DNA of 62,672 bases, the filler included, from Choristocarpus tenellus KU-1152 (lineage: Eukaryota > Protista > Phaeophyceae), in the NCBI GenBank assembly GCA_964200185.2. It is 9 parts of 9 records of this genome, joined end to end, with 100 filler letters (N's around TTAATTAATTAA, not from the genome) between each part and the next. Parts side by side here need not be neighbours in the genome. Positions count along the whole stretch, not along the records: positions 1 to 16,729 come from CAXNAD020000783.1; positions 16,830 to 28,117 come from CAXNAD020002407.1; 7 more parts are not named here. The stretch is one strand, 5' to 3'. The notes under the pieces were generated by a model. That model was not told where the DNA came from. It saw nothing but the letters and a program-made list of their open reading frames with translations, and searched no databases. The first letter of the stretch is position 1; every line of letters starts with the position of its first letter. Below are positions 12,301 through 24,150 of this stretch, one piece after another. A program made the translations under genes and the position numbers.

Positions 12301-15300
12301 CAACAGACTGGAACCGGCGACTCTCAACTTGTCGGCGGATCATGGCTAAGGCACGAGATCCTTCCTCTCGCCGTGCTTCCCATCTTTAGGGGACGTTGAC
12401 ATCGCAACATCACACAGTGTACAAGCGGTATTTTATTTTTGCAGCACAGGCAAATAGGTTAATCAAGCAACACTCATGAAACGGAAAGAGAGGTGTAAGA
12501 GAGGAGGTATTGTAATACGCTTAGTAAGACAGGTGGTGCGAAGAAGAGGATTACGTGTGGTTGGGTGCGGATGCTGAGTATAGGTGGATTTTCTGCTACC
12601 AGCCATGCACACTCTTCTTCAAGTACGTAGATACTGAGAGGCCAAAAAAATGGATCAAGGATGAAGCACATCTACTTCAAAGTCTTCGCATGTATTTGGT
12701 GGTTTTACCAAAGTAGTTCAGAGAGGCTAAAGGTTTTGGGGGTCAAATGTCATATTTCTCTTTTGTTCACTTTCTGTGTCTTGGAAAGAGGTTTGGATTA
12801 AAATCTTAGATTGGGGGCCTCTCCCTTTATATATACAGAATCCGTCTTCTAACATCCTACAGAAATCTACTCTGTCATTCCAACATCTAGGTCCACAATT
12901 CTACGGTGCATTGGAATCAAGAGCCAAAGTATCTTAGAGGGTAGGGCCGCATCCATTTGGGGGTCAAAATCCAATGTTGTAATTTTGATGTAATTTTGGC
13001 CATTGTATTTGTTAGTAAGTGTCAATATCCTTTGCTCTGGACACAGCTTTTCATAAGGTATACATTATACCTACTCCGAAACATTTTGGAGTGGGAAAAT
13101 GTTATGAAACATTCCATGGGAAGTCAAGTTCCAAATGGACAAACTGGGCAAAACTCGTACCCTCTAAGATACTTTCACTCCAAAGCACTCAAGAGGGTAG
13201 GACCACGTCTGTTCGGGGTCATAAATCCAATGTTGTGATTTCGATGCATTTTGGCTATCGTGTTCGTTAGTAAGTGTCAATATCCTTGCTCCGGACACAC
13301 CTTTCATAGTGGTAGTCCGAAATGTTTCGGAGTAGGTAACTGTGTTCACACAGAAAACCGAAAAAGTGCATAAAAAACTCATGGGAAGCCAAGCCCCAAA
13401 CAGACAAACAAGGCAAAACTCCTACCCTCTGAAATGCATTGGGCCTCAAGGCAAAGAAGAGTTCATACATAATACCTAGAGATCGTGAATTGCCCATGAC
13501 CTGATGGAAGCTGATCAATCATCATTATTATCGGGTCACCTTTAACCAGTCAGAAATATTAGTACAAGAAAGGTCGCATTATACAACAGTTGGGGTTGGT
13601 TAGCCCTCTCCAACCTCGAAGACACTCTTCATGATGTGCACGTTTTTATTGCTCTTGCCTTGCCACGTTCAGGACAAGAGTCCAGTACTCACTGTGACTT
13701 CAAAGTGCAGTGCCGTATCCAACTGCTTAGAATTTCAGAGCAAAACAATGTTCTGAGAACAAGAGTCCATCTCATTGACATAAATCTGTTGTGGACTCTC
13801 CAGTCTCACCTTCGATTCTTGTCAGTCACCTCACCTCCCCTGTCCAAACCACAACCACCATGACTGTCCTTCCGTTCCAGATATTTTTTTGGCGCAACTG
13901 CACCGTTTCAGTCGAAATTTTCCACGTACAAAGTGGTACCATACATGAGAAGGGTGATGTTGAGTAAAAAATATATTTCATTACTCTCTTTGGTACATGG
14001 TTTTGAGCACTACTCTGGAGGGTGCTTTTGGCTGGCATTGTGTTCATTGTCAATCTTCTGTTCCATTGCCACACCTTCCCAGGGGAGCTTAACTGCATTT
14101 CCGGCATTGGTATGATGTATATTGCACATTGTTTTACTAAGGCCTTACTCAAAGCCCAAAGTACCAAATCGACCATGCACTAAAATGGTTTCAATCACTG
14201 TATCAGTACAAAGACACAGTAACGTACAGCAGTCGGACAAAGGGAAACTGAGAAAATTTCTAGAGGGTAGAAGGGCAAGGTGTTCCCCTATTCAACTCAA
14301 AGCAAAGTTCATCACCTTATTAAGCCTAACACAGAAGGGTTCGAACCAATGACATACTTGAAGGATTTTGCTGGATCAGAAGGAGAAACCGACTTGCCTT
14401 CAAAAGCAGCGGTAAAGTCATCTACACTTTTCAGTAGATCTGAGCAGCATTGTGCTGCTGAAGCAGTCAGCACTCCGTGTAGCCTTCTCCTTGACTGTCT
14501 CAAGCTCACCAGCCTAGTCTGTGAAATGAATGCATCATTAGCATGACCAGAGTATTAGGAACTCTTGCATTTACAAGCTATCCCCAACACTATTTTACCT
14601 TCTGGTTACTTGCTGGTCTTGTCAGAAGATCACTTTAGTATCCTTGACTGCAGGTGAAAGCTAAATCGAGCCGTGACCCATGTATCCTAGAGGGGGGGTC
14701 AAGCGTCCATTGGGGGCCTTTGTCACACTGTAGTCAACCTGGGCTAAACATCCCCTCCTCTAGGATACTATAAATCCAGATCGGCCTCTGAATGCCCCGG
14801 AGTACATGTGTACTATGCCGTGACCCTTTCTGTTACCAAATAATGAGAAGATACAGCATCCGTCAGAGTATAAGCTCTATGTCAATCAAGGTGTTCATTT
14901 TCCCACCTGAAGTTGCCTAATTGCAGCAGGTTCAAATGTAACAGGCTTCCCCTGCTCTCCCTTCCCCTTCCCTTCACTCAAGTCATCAATCCCGTCTAGT
15001 AGAGCACCACCTGTAGCCTCTATCTCCGTCGTACCCCCCCCTCTTATCCCCTCCACTGTGCTCTGTCCGGTGTGACCTTGTTCATTTCCCTTATCTTGTT
15101 CTGTGCCTGGACTATCCAATCCTTTATCAACGGGAAGTGATGTTGCCCCCCAGTTGGAGTCAGTATTCTCAAAGTCATGTTCTATCGCAAAAGAAGGTAA
15201 TGAAGGTAGGAACAAGGAGGTTGTCAGTGGAATTGTCTATTATCAATTGAGGAGAAACTGTCGTAAGTTTTGCATTTCTGTGCGGTGATCTATGCACTCT

Positions 15301-16156
15301 GGATGGGGTTGGTTCCAGCTCAGATGTATTGCATGCATGATTTAGAAAATTTGGGGAGGAATCATGATGAGGATACTGCAATGGCAAGACTGCTGTTTGA
15401 TTTGCTAAATAGTGCCATACTCGACATCACCTCACCAAATCGCATCATCTCCCCATCCTAGCATGGCGCTGGGAAAATGTTTCAGGTTTCTAGATCTCTT
15501 GGTGAGTTCTTATACCATTCTCATCATCAAAATTAGTGGAAGCAATGAGTCCATAACCAACACATGCAGAGAGGCTTCAAACCATCGCACTGAACATTCT
15601 AGTGAGCTTGGTTATAAATTGACACCGAACATTTTAGAATATTAGAGTAAGAAGATGAACATATAGCAAGTCTATTGCAGACCTGCTAGCAATATTCACA
15701 CAACAGTAGAAAAATTATATTTTAAAGAGTGAGCTTGAAGAGTCAATTTTTGAACGTCAAAGGCTTGTATAGGTGCATGTTTGAGTATTTGGGTCAATTT
15801 TCCTAATACCAATACAAAAGTAAGCACTTGAAGCTACTACCACTGAGGTGCAAGCTTGCACTCTCACATGTTTGTCACCAATATCGATTGATCACCGTTG
15901 TGCTCACAGTAAAACAAACATCCTATCAAGTCATAGTCTCAAAGTATCAGCCAAACGGGTAAATCTTGAGCAGACCTGCAAAAAGGCTTTCCAGATCCTT
16001 GGACAGTGCTTCCTCATATACAGCGCATGTATATGCCTCTTCCCTCAGACGCTTCTCAGCTGCAACCAATTCTCTCACATGTCCCAGCCATTTTCGAACA
16101 GGTAGGCCGGGGCTCAGAGCATCCCCAGCCTCGCGAATGGAGAGTTCAAGGTCGCC
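6337..16156 (-). CDS. Multi-exon gene (5'-partial) with an IFT54/TRAF3IP1-like MIP-T3 N-terminal CH domain nested in an F5/8C(discoidin)-like region. Exons 16156-15976, 15181-14907, 14518-14358, 12383-11615, 10395-10058, 9200-9112, 8741-8615, 7384-7066, 6621-6337
   Basis: All eight introns are GT..AG and their phases chain without stops (1,0,2,0,2,1,2,0). The spliced product reads ERTEAMIGELI..PSKLLVRPPV|RFLFDLFMTISVSTGF..WDELQ|AKKEKVRLMDRMALEISSGLGLAEAPAKGSDIVLGQECQKTN|RLLQLLA, matching the IFT54 pattern KLLSKPPFRYLHDI..TGF..KISFLQK..IVAGHEPERTNELLQ. Flanking motifs YFLE|VDLG, FQVAIECSDDGKAW and FPPVHCHFLRL are discoidin-like. The end of the last exon is uncertain (G-run at 6346-6360). Confidence 0.8.
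10835..11096 (+). mobile_element. MITE family A, intronic
   Basis: Same TIRs and body; 4-bp TSD gaat; CCCTAA inserted in the right TIR. Confidence 0.92.
12914..13447 (+). mobile_element. Two nested MITE family A copies: a young copy (12921-13180) inside the left TIR of an older copy
   Basis: Removing 12921-13180 and one caa restores gaatcaaagcactcaagagggtag, a decayed left TIR continuing into a full diverged body. Confidence 0.85.
14676..14772. mobile_element. ~100-bp mini TIR element related to family A; partial copy at ~58115-58169
   Basis: GTATCCTAGAGG...CCTCTAGGATAC inverted repeat; caacctgggctaaaca..ccc..gatactat is shared with ~58129-58166. Confidence 0.6.
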
Positions 16157-16525
16157 CTGGCACAGAGCAGCGACAGTGGTAGCAACAGTTGCGTGTCAAG
16201 TAAGGGAGGATCATTACCAGAGATTGAAAGATAGTGAGTGAGCCAAAGTGAATGAGAGGTACCCAGGTTTTGGGCGTTTTGCATTATGAGCCAGCATTTC
16301 AATCTTCTTCAAATTACCCATATTTCTATGGATGAAGTGCTAACTTTGACTTGAGAGGGGTTATTTATCTATTCTTTGAAATATTTCCAGATTAATTTGC
16401 ACGCATTTGCCGACATCCTTATATGGAACGCTTACTTTTGACTGAACATACGATGAAAGGCAGCAGATAACTTAAACATCAGCTTGATAGCATCCTATTG
16501 GTTCAATGTGGCATATTGGATATAT

Positions 16526-16705
16526 GGCTCAAAGTATCTGGGGGGGGTGGTGGCTGTCCATTTGGGGTCAATTTTTTTATGTCGCGATTTTTGGGTGATT
16601 TGGTTGAATACGTTGGATGGATAATGTAAATGCACTTTTCCTGATTTTGGTCCAAAATGGACACCCTGGTGTAGACCCCCCCCCCCCCCACAGATACTTT
16701 GGGTC
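16526..16705. mobile_element. MITE family B (~177 bp, G-run subtermini)
   Basis: TIRs GGCTCAAAGTATCTG...CAGATACTTTGGGTC; 4-bp TSD atat; shares the CAAAGTATCT core with family A. Confidence 0.9.
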
Positions 16706-16729
16706 ATATAGACCATCCCATAATTAATG

Positions 16730-16829
16730 NNNNNNNNNNNNNNNNNNNNNNNNNNNNNNNNNNNNNNNNNNNNTTAATTAATTAANNNNNNNNNNNNNNN
16801 NNNNNNNNNNNNNNNNNNNNNNNNNNNNN
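16730..16829. other. Artificial contig linker N44-TTAATTAATTAA-N44. Identical linkers at 28118-28217, 35848-35947, 40304-40403, 45229-45328, 48740-48839, 52465-52564 and 55203-55302
   Basis: Eight identical 100-bp spacers whose palindromic core gives stop codons in all six frames; genes and MITEs are cut at these points. Confidence 0.97.
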
Positions 16830-18483
16830 AAAATTGTTTTTCCCAAAACGCCCCCCCCCCCCACCCCCCCCCCCCCCCCCCCCAAAGATACTTTTTCAGC
16901 TCAGTTACTTCTCGGCTATTTCAATTAATCAAACTGAGTTCGATGTAACTGTCGAGATTTACAACATTACACGCTCATGCAGTGTAGTGTTGTAAATCTC
17001 ATGCACACAGCATTAATAGGACAATTTCAATTCATCATCAGAGAAAAAAACGATATGTACAGTTCTTAGGGTTAGAGCATGTGTACTGCAATAAACATCA
17101 ACATGATACATTCAAATATCCTTTTCACACAAACAAAAGATAGAATAATTCATAAGAAAATTACTCACACCCCTGCAAAATAAAACAAAAAATCAATAAA
17201 AAAAAAATGCTGTGTCCTCAAGGAAAGTGATCTGGAATTCGAACTAGTGTAGTACTGAAAAATAGAGGTGTAATCACTTTCTAGCAATCGTAGCAACCGT
17301 AACAGTAACCCCTGATGGACAGGAAACAGTCCGTGAAATGCAATTCAAGACCTCATGTACATTCAACGGTTCTGATATACGGAATCAAAGGCCTTGATGT
17401 AACTGCCATAGCATCTTATGAGGTCACTGATAAACAGGTACGTCAAGGCCTAGGATTGCATTTCACGCAACACACCAATTCAGAACCATACGAAGGCATT
17501 CCATAGCATTTTCTTGCACATCAATAGCAGGCACGCACGGAAGCCCTCTGAGCAGTAACGCTTCTTGGTACCGAAAACCTGGAACCCAGATTTTTGTTCG
17601 AGAAATGTAGTACCTTGATGTACCTCTTCATTCTACCTCCCCTAACCTTGATAAGTCTATCACTGGACAGTAGACACCAATCACAGAGGATCATCCCGCG
17701 GACTGAATGAAATGAAAGACACCTCCCAGAGCGTGGACGAGATATACCCACATGGAAGGCCAACATTAGGGAAAATTTGTGTCACACGGACCAACCAGCA
17801 CCTTCCTGCTCTTGTGCCTGCAGCTTGGGTTAGCAGGGGAGGTCAGTGGGGAAGGAAATGAGCCCCCACTGTCAAGGTGGCCAGAGCACATCAATACAGG
17901 ACAACAGAGCTGCTGCACAGGCACTGTTTGATTGCAAGGTAGCCGTACTAACTCCTCAGGCAGAGAGGGTACACCCTAGCCCCACAGTAGATAGATTGAA
18001 GGCGGTTGATTTGTCTACAGGTATCAAAGCCAAGTCAAACGACTGGGGGTACTTGTTCGACCAGAATAATGCCATCCTACTCCAATCTTTCCAAGCTAAA
18101 TCAAATGAATTCATTTTTAAGGCGAGTAAATTTAACTATTTATTCTTGTCCACCACCATCCTGAGTGAGACATATCTACACTGGATGACATTAGACCGTG
18201 TGATAATTTATTTTTCTAAATATAGCCTCTCACTTCCTTCAATCTTCACAGACCCTTTTACTTTGGCTCAAGAAAAAAGTCACACAAGAACTATCTCCTC
18301 AAGTCATATTTTGAGTTGGCTTGGAAAACATCATCACATCATCACGACAAGCCACTCTCACCGTAAAAAAAAGAAGCCTATGCACTGCTGAAAATAAACT
18401 GTATCATTATGATGGAAAAAATAGTGCACTAGTGAGTTTTCCCAGCTAAACATCCACACACATATAAAGATCAGACTGTGCCA

Positions 18484-18871
18484 CGTTACAGTGCACAGGG
18501 GAGATCCCCTGTCTTCAGGAGCCCCCAATGTCATCGGGGAACCCCTCACTGTCATATTTTTTTCACTTCTTTGCACGAATTTTTAAAAACCTAACCCTAT
18601 CTCTAATAATAATCCCTAACCAGCCAAGAAAACATTGTAGAAGAAGTGAAGGGGCATTGTGTGACCTGGGGAACCACAACCTCTCGAGGACCCACAACTT
18701 TTTCAATTTTTCACCCTAATTTTCAATCATCTCATTTCAACCCTAACCCTAACCCTAGCCCTAACCTTTGTCCAAAAAACATCCCTAAGTAAAAAAAAGT
18801 ATGACAGTGGATGTTCCCCACGGACAGTGGGGGCTCCCAAAAACAGGGGATCTCCCCTATGCACTGCAACG
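18484..18871. mobile_element. Foldback/MITE-like element with ~85-bp imperfect TIRs and internal CCCTAA repeats
   Basis: cgttacagtgcacaggggagatcccctgt..gagccccca..tcactgtcata versus tatgacagtg..tgggggctc..acaggggatctcccctatgcactgcaacg; no TSD seen. Confidence 0.7.
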
Positions 18872-20109
18872 ACATCATTCAAGTTGCACCTCTGCTGTTA
18901 AGTTTCCAGCACCAACTACAAGTGCAGAGGGGATCAAAACCGTGGGCGTCTGACCCCTCAATCACATGAGTCCAGCTCACAAAGACCAATGCCCTGACTT
19001 ACTGGAAGAATGAGCCATAACATACAAAACATACCATGGTCACCAAAGAATGCACAAACCAAGCAAGTTCCTGACACAACAAGCGAGAAAAGAATTTTGA
19101 AACTATGATGTATGAGATAGAATCCTTTGGAGAGGTGGGGGAGGGGGAGGGGAAGGAAATCGTCCGAAGTTGTTGTAAATCTCCTCAGTTGTGCTACATA
19201 GAGTTGACCTGTGTCTCTGCATTGATCCTATGACTCGCTCTACAAAACAATCATGTTGACTGTACCCAGCCATATTCAGTTCAGGGGAGATTTACAGTTG
19301 ACGTATTTTAACCAAGGCTGTGAATGCTCATTGGCAAGATGCGAAGCAAGGCAATGTCAAGAGGTAGAAAGGGGGGCTTGGTATTCAACATTCACCACTT
19401 GTTACTAATCAATTTATCACATCAAAGATCAAATTTAAGAGTCCAAAAAAAGGTCAACACATTCAGCTGGGGTGATAGGAAGGGGAGCGACAAAGCTAAG
19501 TGGTAGGTGGCGCGGGTGACGTAGAAGTACTGAGAACAAGTTTGATAAGACGACAACATCACGACTCAATCCGTTGGGCAAGCATCGGCGGAGTAATGCG
19601 CAGAAACAAAACCGATGTATTTCAAGAATAACATGAAAATCACATTGGAAGGTATTTCATAGGGTATCTTGCTTGTTAGCGCTTATTCTTGGTGCTGCAC
19701 ATACTCTTGTATTGTATTCGTCATTGAATGTGAAGTCAGGACGAAGGGATTGCAGTGTAATTCTGACCTCCGAATACGTGCACTCGGCGATCAAAGCATC
19801 TGCGTATTTAGTAGGAAGAATTCACACATCAACAGGAGGCTGCAGTGAATGCAAACAATACAGTAATACAGTATACCTTTCTAGTTGACAAACATAAGAG
19901 ACAGAGAGCCCAGTGTCAGAAACAACAGCTTTGGGCGTCGAAATGGGCAAGAATACCTCCCCGACAGCACATTCGACAAGGTCCTAGAATCGCATTGGAC
20001 CATGTTAAGGAAGAATCAAGGCTAGTTCGAGTGGTGAAGGCAACAATTGGGTGGAGGGTTGATGTGCCGATTCCGAAAAGGTGGGTAATGTGGATGGTCG
20101 TCGACGCAC

Positions 20110-20689
20110 CTGACCATTGTCCAAGTGCATGAAGCCTCTGATTTTCCCCTGCATGTAAGCCTGATTACAGGCGTTTTCGAACTGCCGGCAGAGCTGCATC
20201 ATGCCGTATGCCTTCATTTGGTCCTCCTTCGACACAGAATCATAATTTCCTGCTTCGGACGCATCATATCCGAAATCACTCTTCAGCACCTGCCAAACGT
20301 CCTCCCAAGAGATATCACAAGGTGGACGCATCACTTCCACCGTAGTTTTCTTCTCTGGTGATGCAACTGTAGCCCTAAGAGGTCCAACACCCTCTGCACG
20401 CATTGTGGCTGTATTCCTCCTGTTGATGCATCCAACCATGGGGTCAGAGCGAGGGCGAGCAAATTCTCAAATGTCTGAGCGCTAGAAGTACAAAAACAAC
20501 AGTATTGGTTTATGCACTACTGGCTGGAGACTGCCACTAAATACTCATGAGTTGCTCGTACCATCGAGAACATTTTGACACACGAGGGGTGGCCAAGTGT
20601 CTTGTGGACGGCACACCGACGGGCACAAAGGAAGTTGCCGTTTTCAGTGCGGCAAGCATGAAGCATAACACTGCAATCTTCCCCGACAT
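20110..20689 (-). CDS. pdhA: Plastid pyruvate dehydrogenase E1 alpha subunit, first two exons (20689-20562, 20419-20110). I found no further exons on this contig
   Basis: Exon 1 is MSGKIAVLCFMLAALKTATS-FVP (signal peptide plus ASAFAP-like cleavage motif), followed by a phase-2 GT-AG intron with a CTGAC branch site. Exon 2 ends QMKAYGMMQLCRQFENACNQAYMQGKIRGFMHLDNGQ|gtgcgt, the conserved E1-alpha N-terminal motif. Confidence 0.92.
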
Positions 20690-21285
20690 GGTCGAGAGGG
20701 TTGGGGACAAGCCTCTGGGAAAGAGGTACTTTGGTTGGAGGTTGTCCTCACAAGCTGGGTCTTAATGAGGGAAGGAAGAACACCACATACAATACGATTC
20801 CAACAAAAATTGTTATCAATATTAGAAACTATACAAAATAATAAAATGTTCGCGCGCTGCTCGCAGCCGAACTAATAAATGCGTTATCATAGTAGTACGT
20901 CATTATTGAACAGTCAATCCTACTCCATCTCCACAAACACGTACACAACGGATACTCGATAAGGACAAGAACAGACCTTCGCCATGTCGACTACATTATC
21001 ACCTGTCAATCTGACCATCACCTTGTTCCCAACATAATGATAATTCCTCACACCCAATCAGGAAATATTGTATTTTACCATGTCGCCATCATATCCCAAT
21101 GACCATGCGATACCACCTGTGCGTCAACCTCCAAACGCCTCCAGGTCCACTAGCAACATGTAGATGGTTGAGATAGGGGGTAACATACAATAAAACACAT
21201 ACAGTTTATATTATTTCAAACCGTGGTCATTTCATAAACCATCAAGAGGAGTACGTATACCGAAACTAATTATTTATGTATACAT

Positions 21286-21459
21286 GACCCAAAGTATCTG
21301 GGGGGGGGGTCTACACCAGGGTGTGCATTTGGGGCAAAATCAGAAAAAGTGTATTTACAGTATCCATCCAATGTATGCAACCAAATCACCCAAGAATCGC
21401 GACAAGAAAAAAATGACCTCAAATGGACAGCCGCCACGCCCCCCCGGACACTTTGAGCC
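21286..21459. mobile_element. MITE family B (opposite orientation to the 16526 copy)
   Basis: GACCCAAAGTATCTG...ACTTTGAGCC; 4-bp TSD acat. Confidence 0.9.
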
Positions 21460-24150
21460 ACATACTACTACTGGTAAAATATTATCTTTCTTGATGACGT
21501 TTCGCAAATGTTGTCGTGAAGGGAATAAATAACATACATGTAACAAGAGGGGATTGAGGAACACCATAATAAGATATACTGTGTTGTTAAAATTAAAGGG
21601 GTTCTGATATGTAGAGATATATGTAGATACATCGGTCAGAGTTAGTTGTAGTGTATCTGAAAACAGGAAGAGAAATCTAACTAGTAACCCATACAGGTGA
21701 AAATGTTCCCTAAACTGATGATATTTGCAACATATTTGAAAAATAATAATCAGACAGACGCCTTCCATATATATGCAACAATGTGTTGAATTATGTTCCT
21801 CAAGTACTTCAAACAAAGTATTTGAAACAAGAAATATCACTGATACACGCAGCTGAAGCCACTAGGACAGGACATTCTGTGGAAAACAAACAAGGGAAAG
21901 AGCACACTCAGTCGTCTCGACTACCTTACCTGTCAATCCTACCATCCCCTTGTCTGCAACATGATACAAGAACGGTGTGATATACCCCATCTATTATGCA
22001 TTCTTTTGTCTACTTACTACACTACTTCTACTGTATAATAGTAGTACAGATATCCATCCAACTTCAAAGTTGATCGCACCCACTCACTAGCTTTAACTCT
22101 GAAGGAGGGGGAGGAGCTGTATCATAGTTTGATATAATATAACCTCTGCCTACACAATTGTAGAAATTGTTGGTGTGACATAATACATTGATATACACCA
22201 TGTATAATATGGTGGTGTTCAGCAGATGGAAGGTACGTCTTGGTCAACCCTTTGGGCTGCAGTGGTGCCAACGGACTGACCGCCAATATTTTTGCATCAC
22301 CCAGGAGTATTTAGGGAGGATGTTGACATCAGCAGCATGGCATCACCTTCACCGGTAGTCTACTGGACGGTGTTGTAGAGGAATTGGTGTAAAATGGTAC
22401 AGCACATGCATGGCAATGAGCAAATAGCGTCAAATCTATCATATCTTAGAGGAGGGTGTCGTTGAGTATCCCTGCCCTGTGACTCTCCATTGGTACGTGT
22501 GCTTCTAGCACTCTGAAGGCAATTTCGAACTAATATGGAAAAAAACTAGTCTCCTCTTCTACAGCCACAGCCAATTTAGGACTGTTAGCTGCATTCTAGG
22601 CATGGGAATGCGGTGTTTAGCAGAAGATTTTAATAGTCCAAGATACTTAGAAGTGCTCCATTAAACCTCCCTCCAAAGTTGTATGATTCTTCGTAGATTA
22701 CTAGCCGCGTACACAATACTTGTCGTAGCCACACCTCCTTAGATATTGGCACTGGCACCTGCCGCACCATACGGATGTGTTCATTTTCTGGACTATTTTT
22801 TCGTTGCTGGGCTTCCAACTTATACTCAAAGGAACGGGTCCCCACAGATCTTGAGCCCGTATTTTTCTGGGAACTGGACCTTGGTACTGGAACTGGTGTC
22901 ATTCGGAAGATCAGGGTACGAGTAATGATGGGTGGACCTTCGCTTCATGTGTTCAAGAGTTCCTTCTCGCATTTCTTTCGACTTTCGATCTTCTGTCAAT
23001 ATCTGCTTTCTTTACGGTACCTCTACATTATCTTTACCCATCTTTAACATCTATGGTGTTTCGGTGTTCCTGTACTACATATGCTGATTTCAAGTGGTGT
23101 CCCCCATTTGTATGTGCAAGAGTCTGTGTTCACCTCGTGAAGATAGTGTAGAAATAGAGGTCATCCTACGGTACTGTATATAATAGGTAATTGTTGATTT
23201 GATTGATTGATTGGTCATCACACATTAGGTCGAACTATTTAAAGGATACTGACAAATATGCGCAAAAACCGTTTCTTTTACAAATGAGTATAGGATATTT
23301 TCTGGACTGTGTCAACAAATTAAATACAATTGAAAAATCGATGTTCTCAAGTAAAAGTTACCACCGTAGAAACATGGGTGAATTGCGTAAGATTAAACTA
23401 TATCTCAAAACTTAAAACGGACAAAACCTGGGTACCTCTCATTTACTTTGACAGCAACGACGCAGAGAAGATAGAGAAGTAATTGACAGATGCAGTCAAG
23501 GAGAAGAAAGCAACATACAGTATACTCGAACCAATGGTCAGGAGGGTAATGCAAAAAAGAACAAAAAGGAGACAGGAAGAAAAGCACAATCCAAGAAACC
23601 AGTTCTAGCATCGAGGGCCATAATTGGTTCAAGAAGGGGCACATATCCATGTGCACTTCGGAGCATCTAGGTTAAGTTCTTACATCCCCTAGATACAACC
23701 TGCTACTATCATCACCAAGAAGTGTAACCCGGATTAGGCAAAGGAACCCAGTCCCCTCTCCCTTCAAAGAAAAAAACTAGACAAGACGAGAAGGAGAAGA
23801 AGCCCAGCAAAAATTATCATATACAAGGTTGGCGGCCAAGGTCACTTTCGTATAACGTACGACGGTTGCTTCAACATCAGCGGTATGCCGAGCAGTTCAT
23901 AGAAGCCAACAAACAGTTTTCCAACAACCATAACTGAGTTAAAGTAAACGAGAGGTGCTCAGGTTACATTTTAAGGATGCTGAAAATGATGTGCAAATTT
24001 CGGGTGTGCGGACAAATGCGTGTAGGAAATTTACTGAGTTTTTATTTTATAAAATTCCAAATAATAGAGAAATCAACGGTCTCAGCTCAATCTTGAACAA
24101 TGTGTCCAATTATGACTCAGTATCTTGGGGGACAGTACAGTTCAGTTAGT

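Noticed and set aside
12957-13270. Recurrent ~60-110-aa ORFs (e.g. KIQCCDFDVILAI.., also near 10923, 47705, 51193, 61408)
   Set aside because: Chance translations of MITE family A; frames and stops are not conserved between copies.
16774-16785. TTAATTAATTAA as a biological motif or piggyBac site
   Set aside because: Always centred in 88 Ns; an artificial linker.
22630-23047. Purine-rich minus-strand stretch that looks exon-like
   Set aside because: All frames stop within about 60-90 codons, with no in-phase partner exon or motif.
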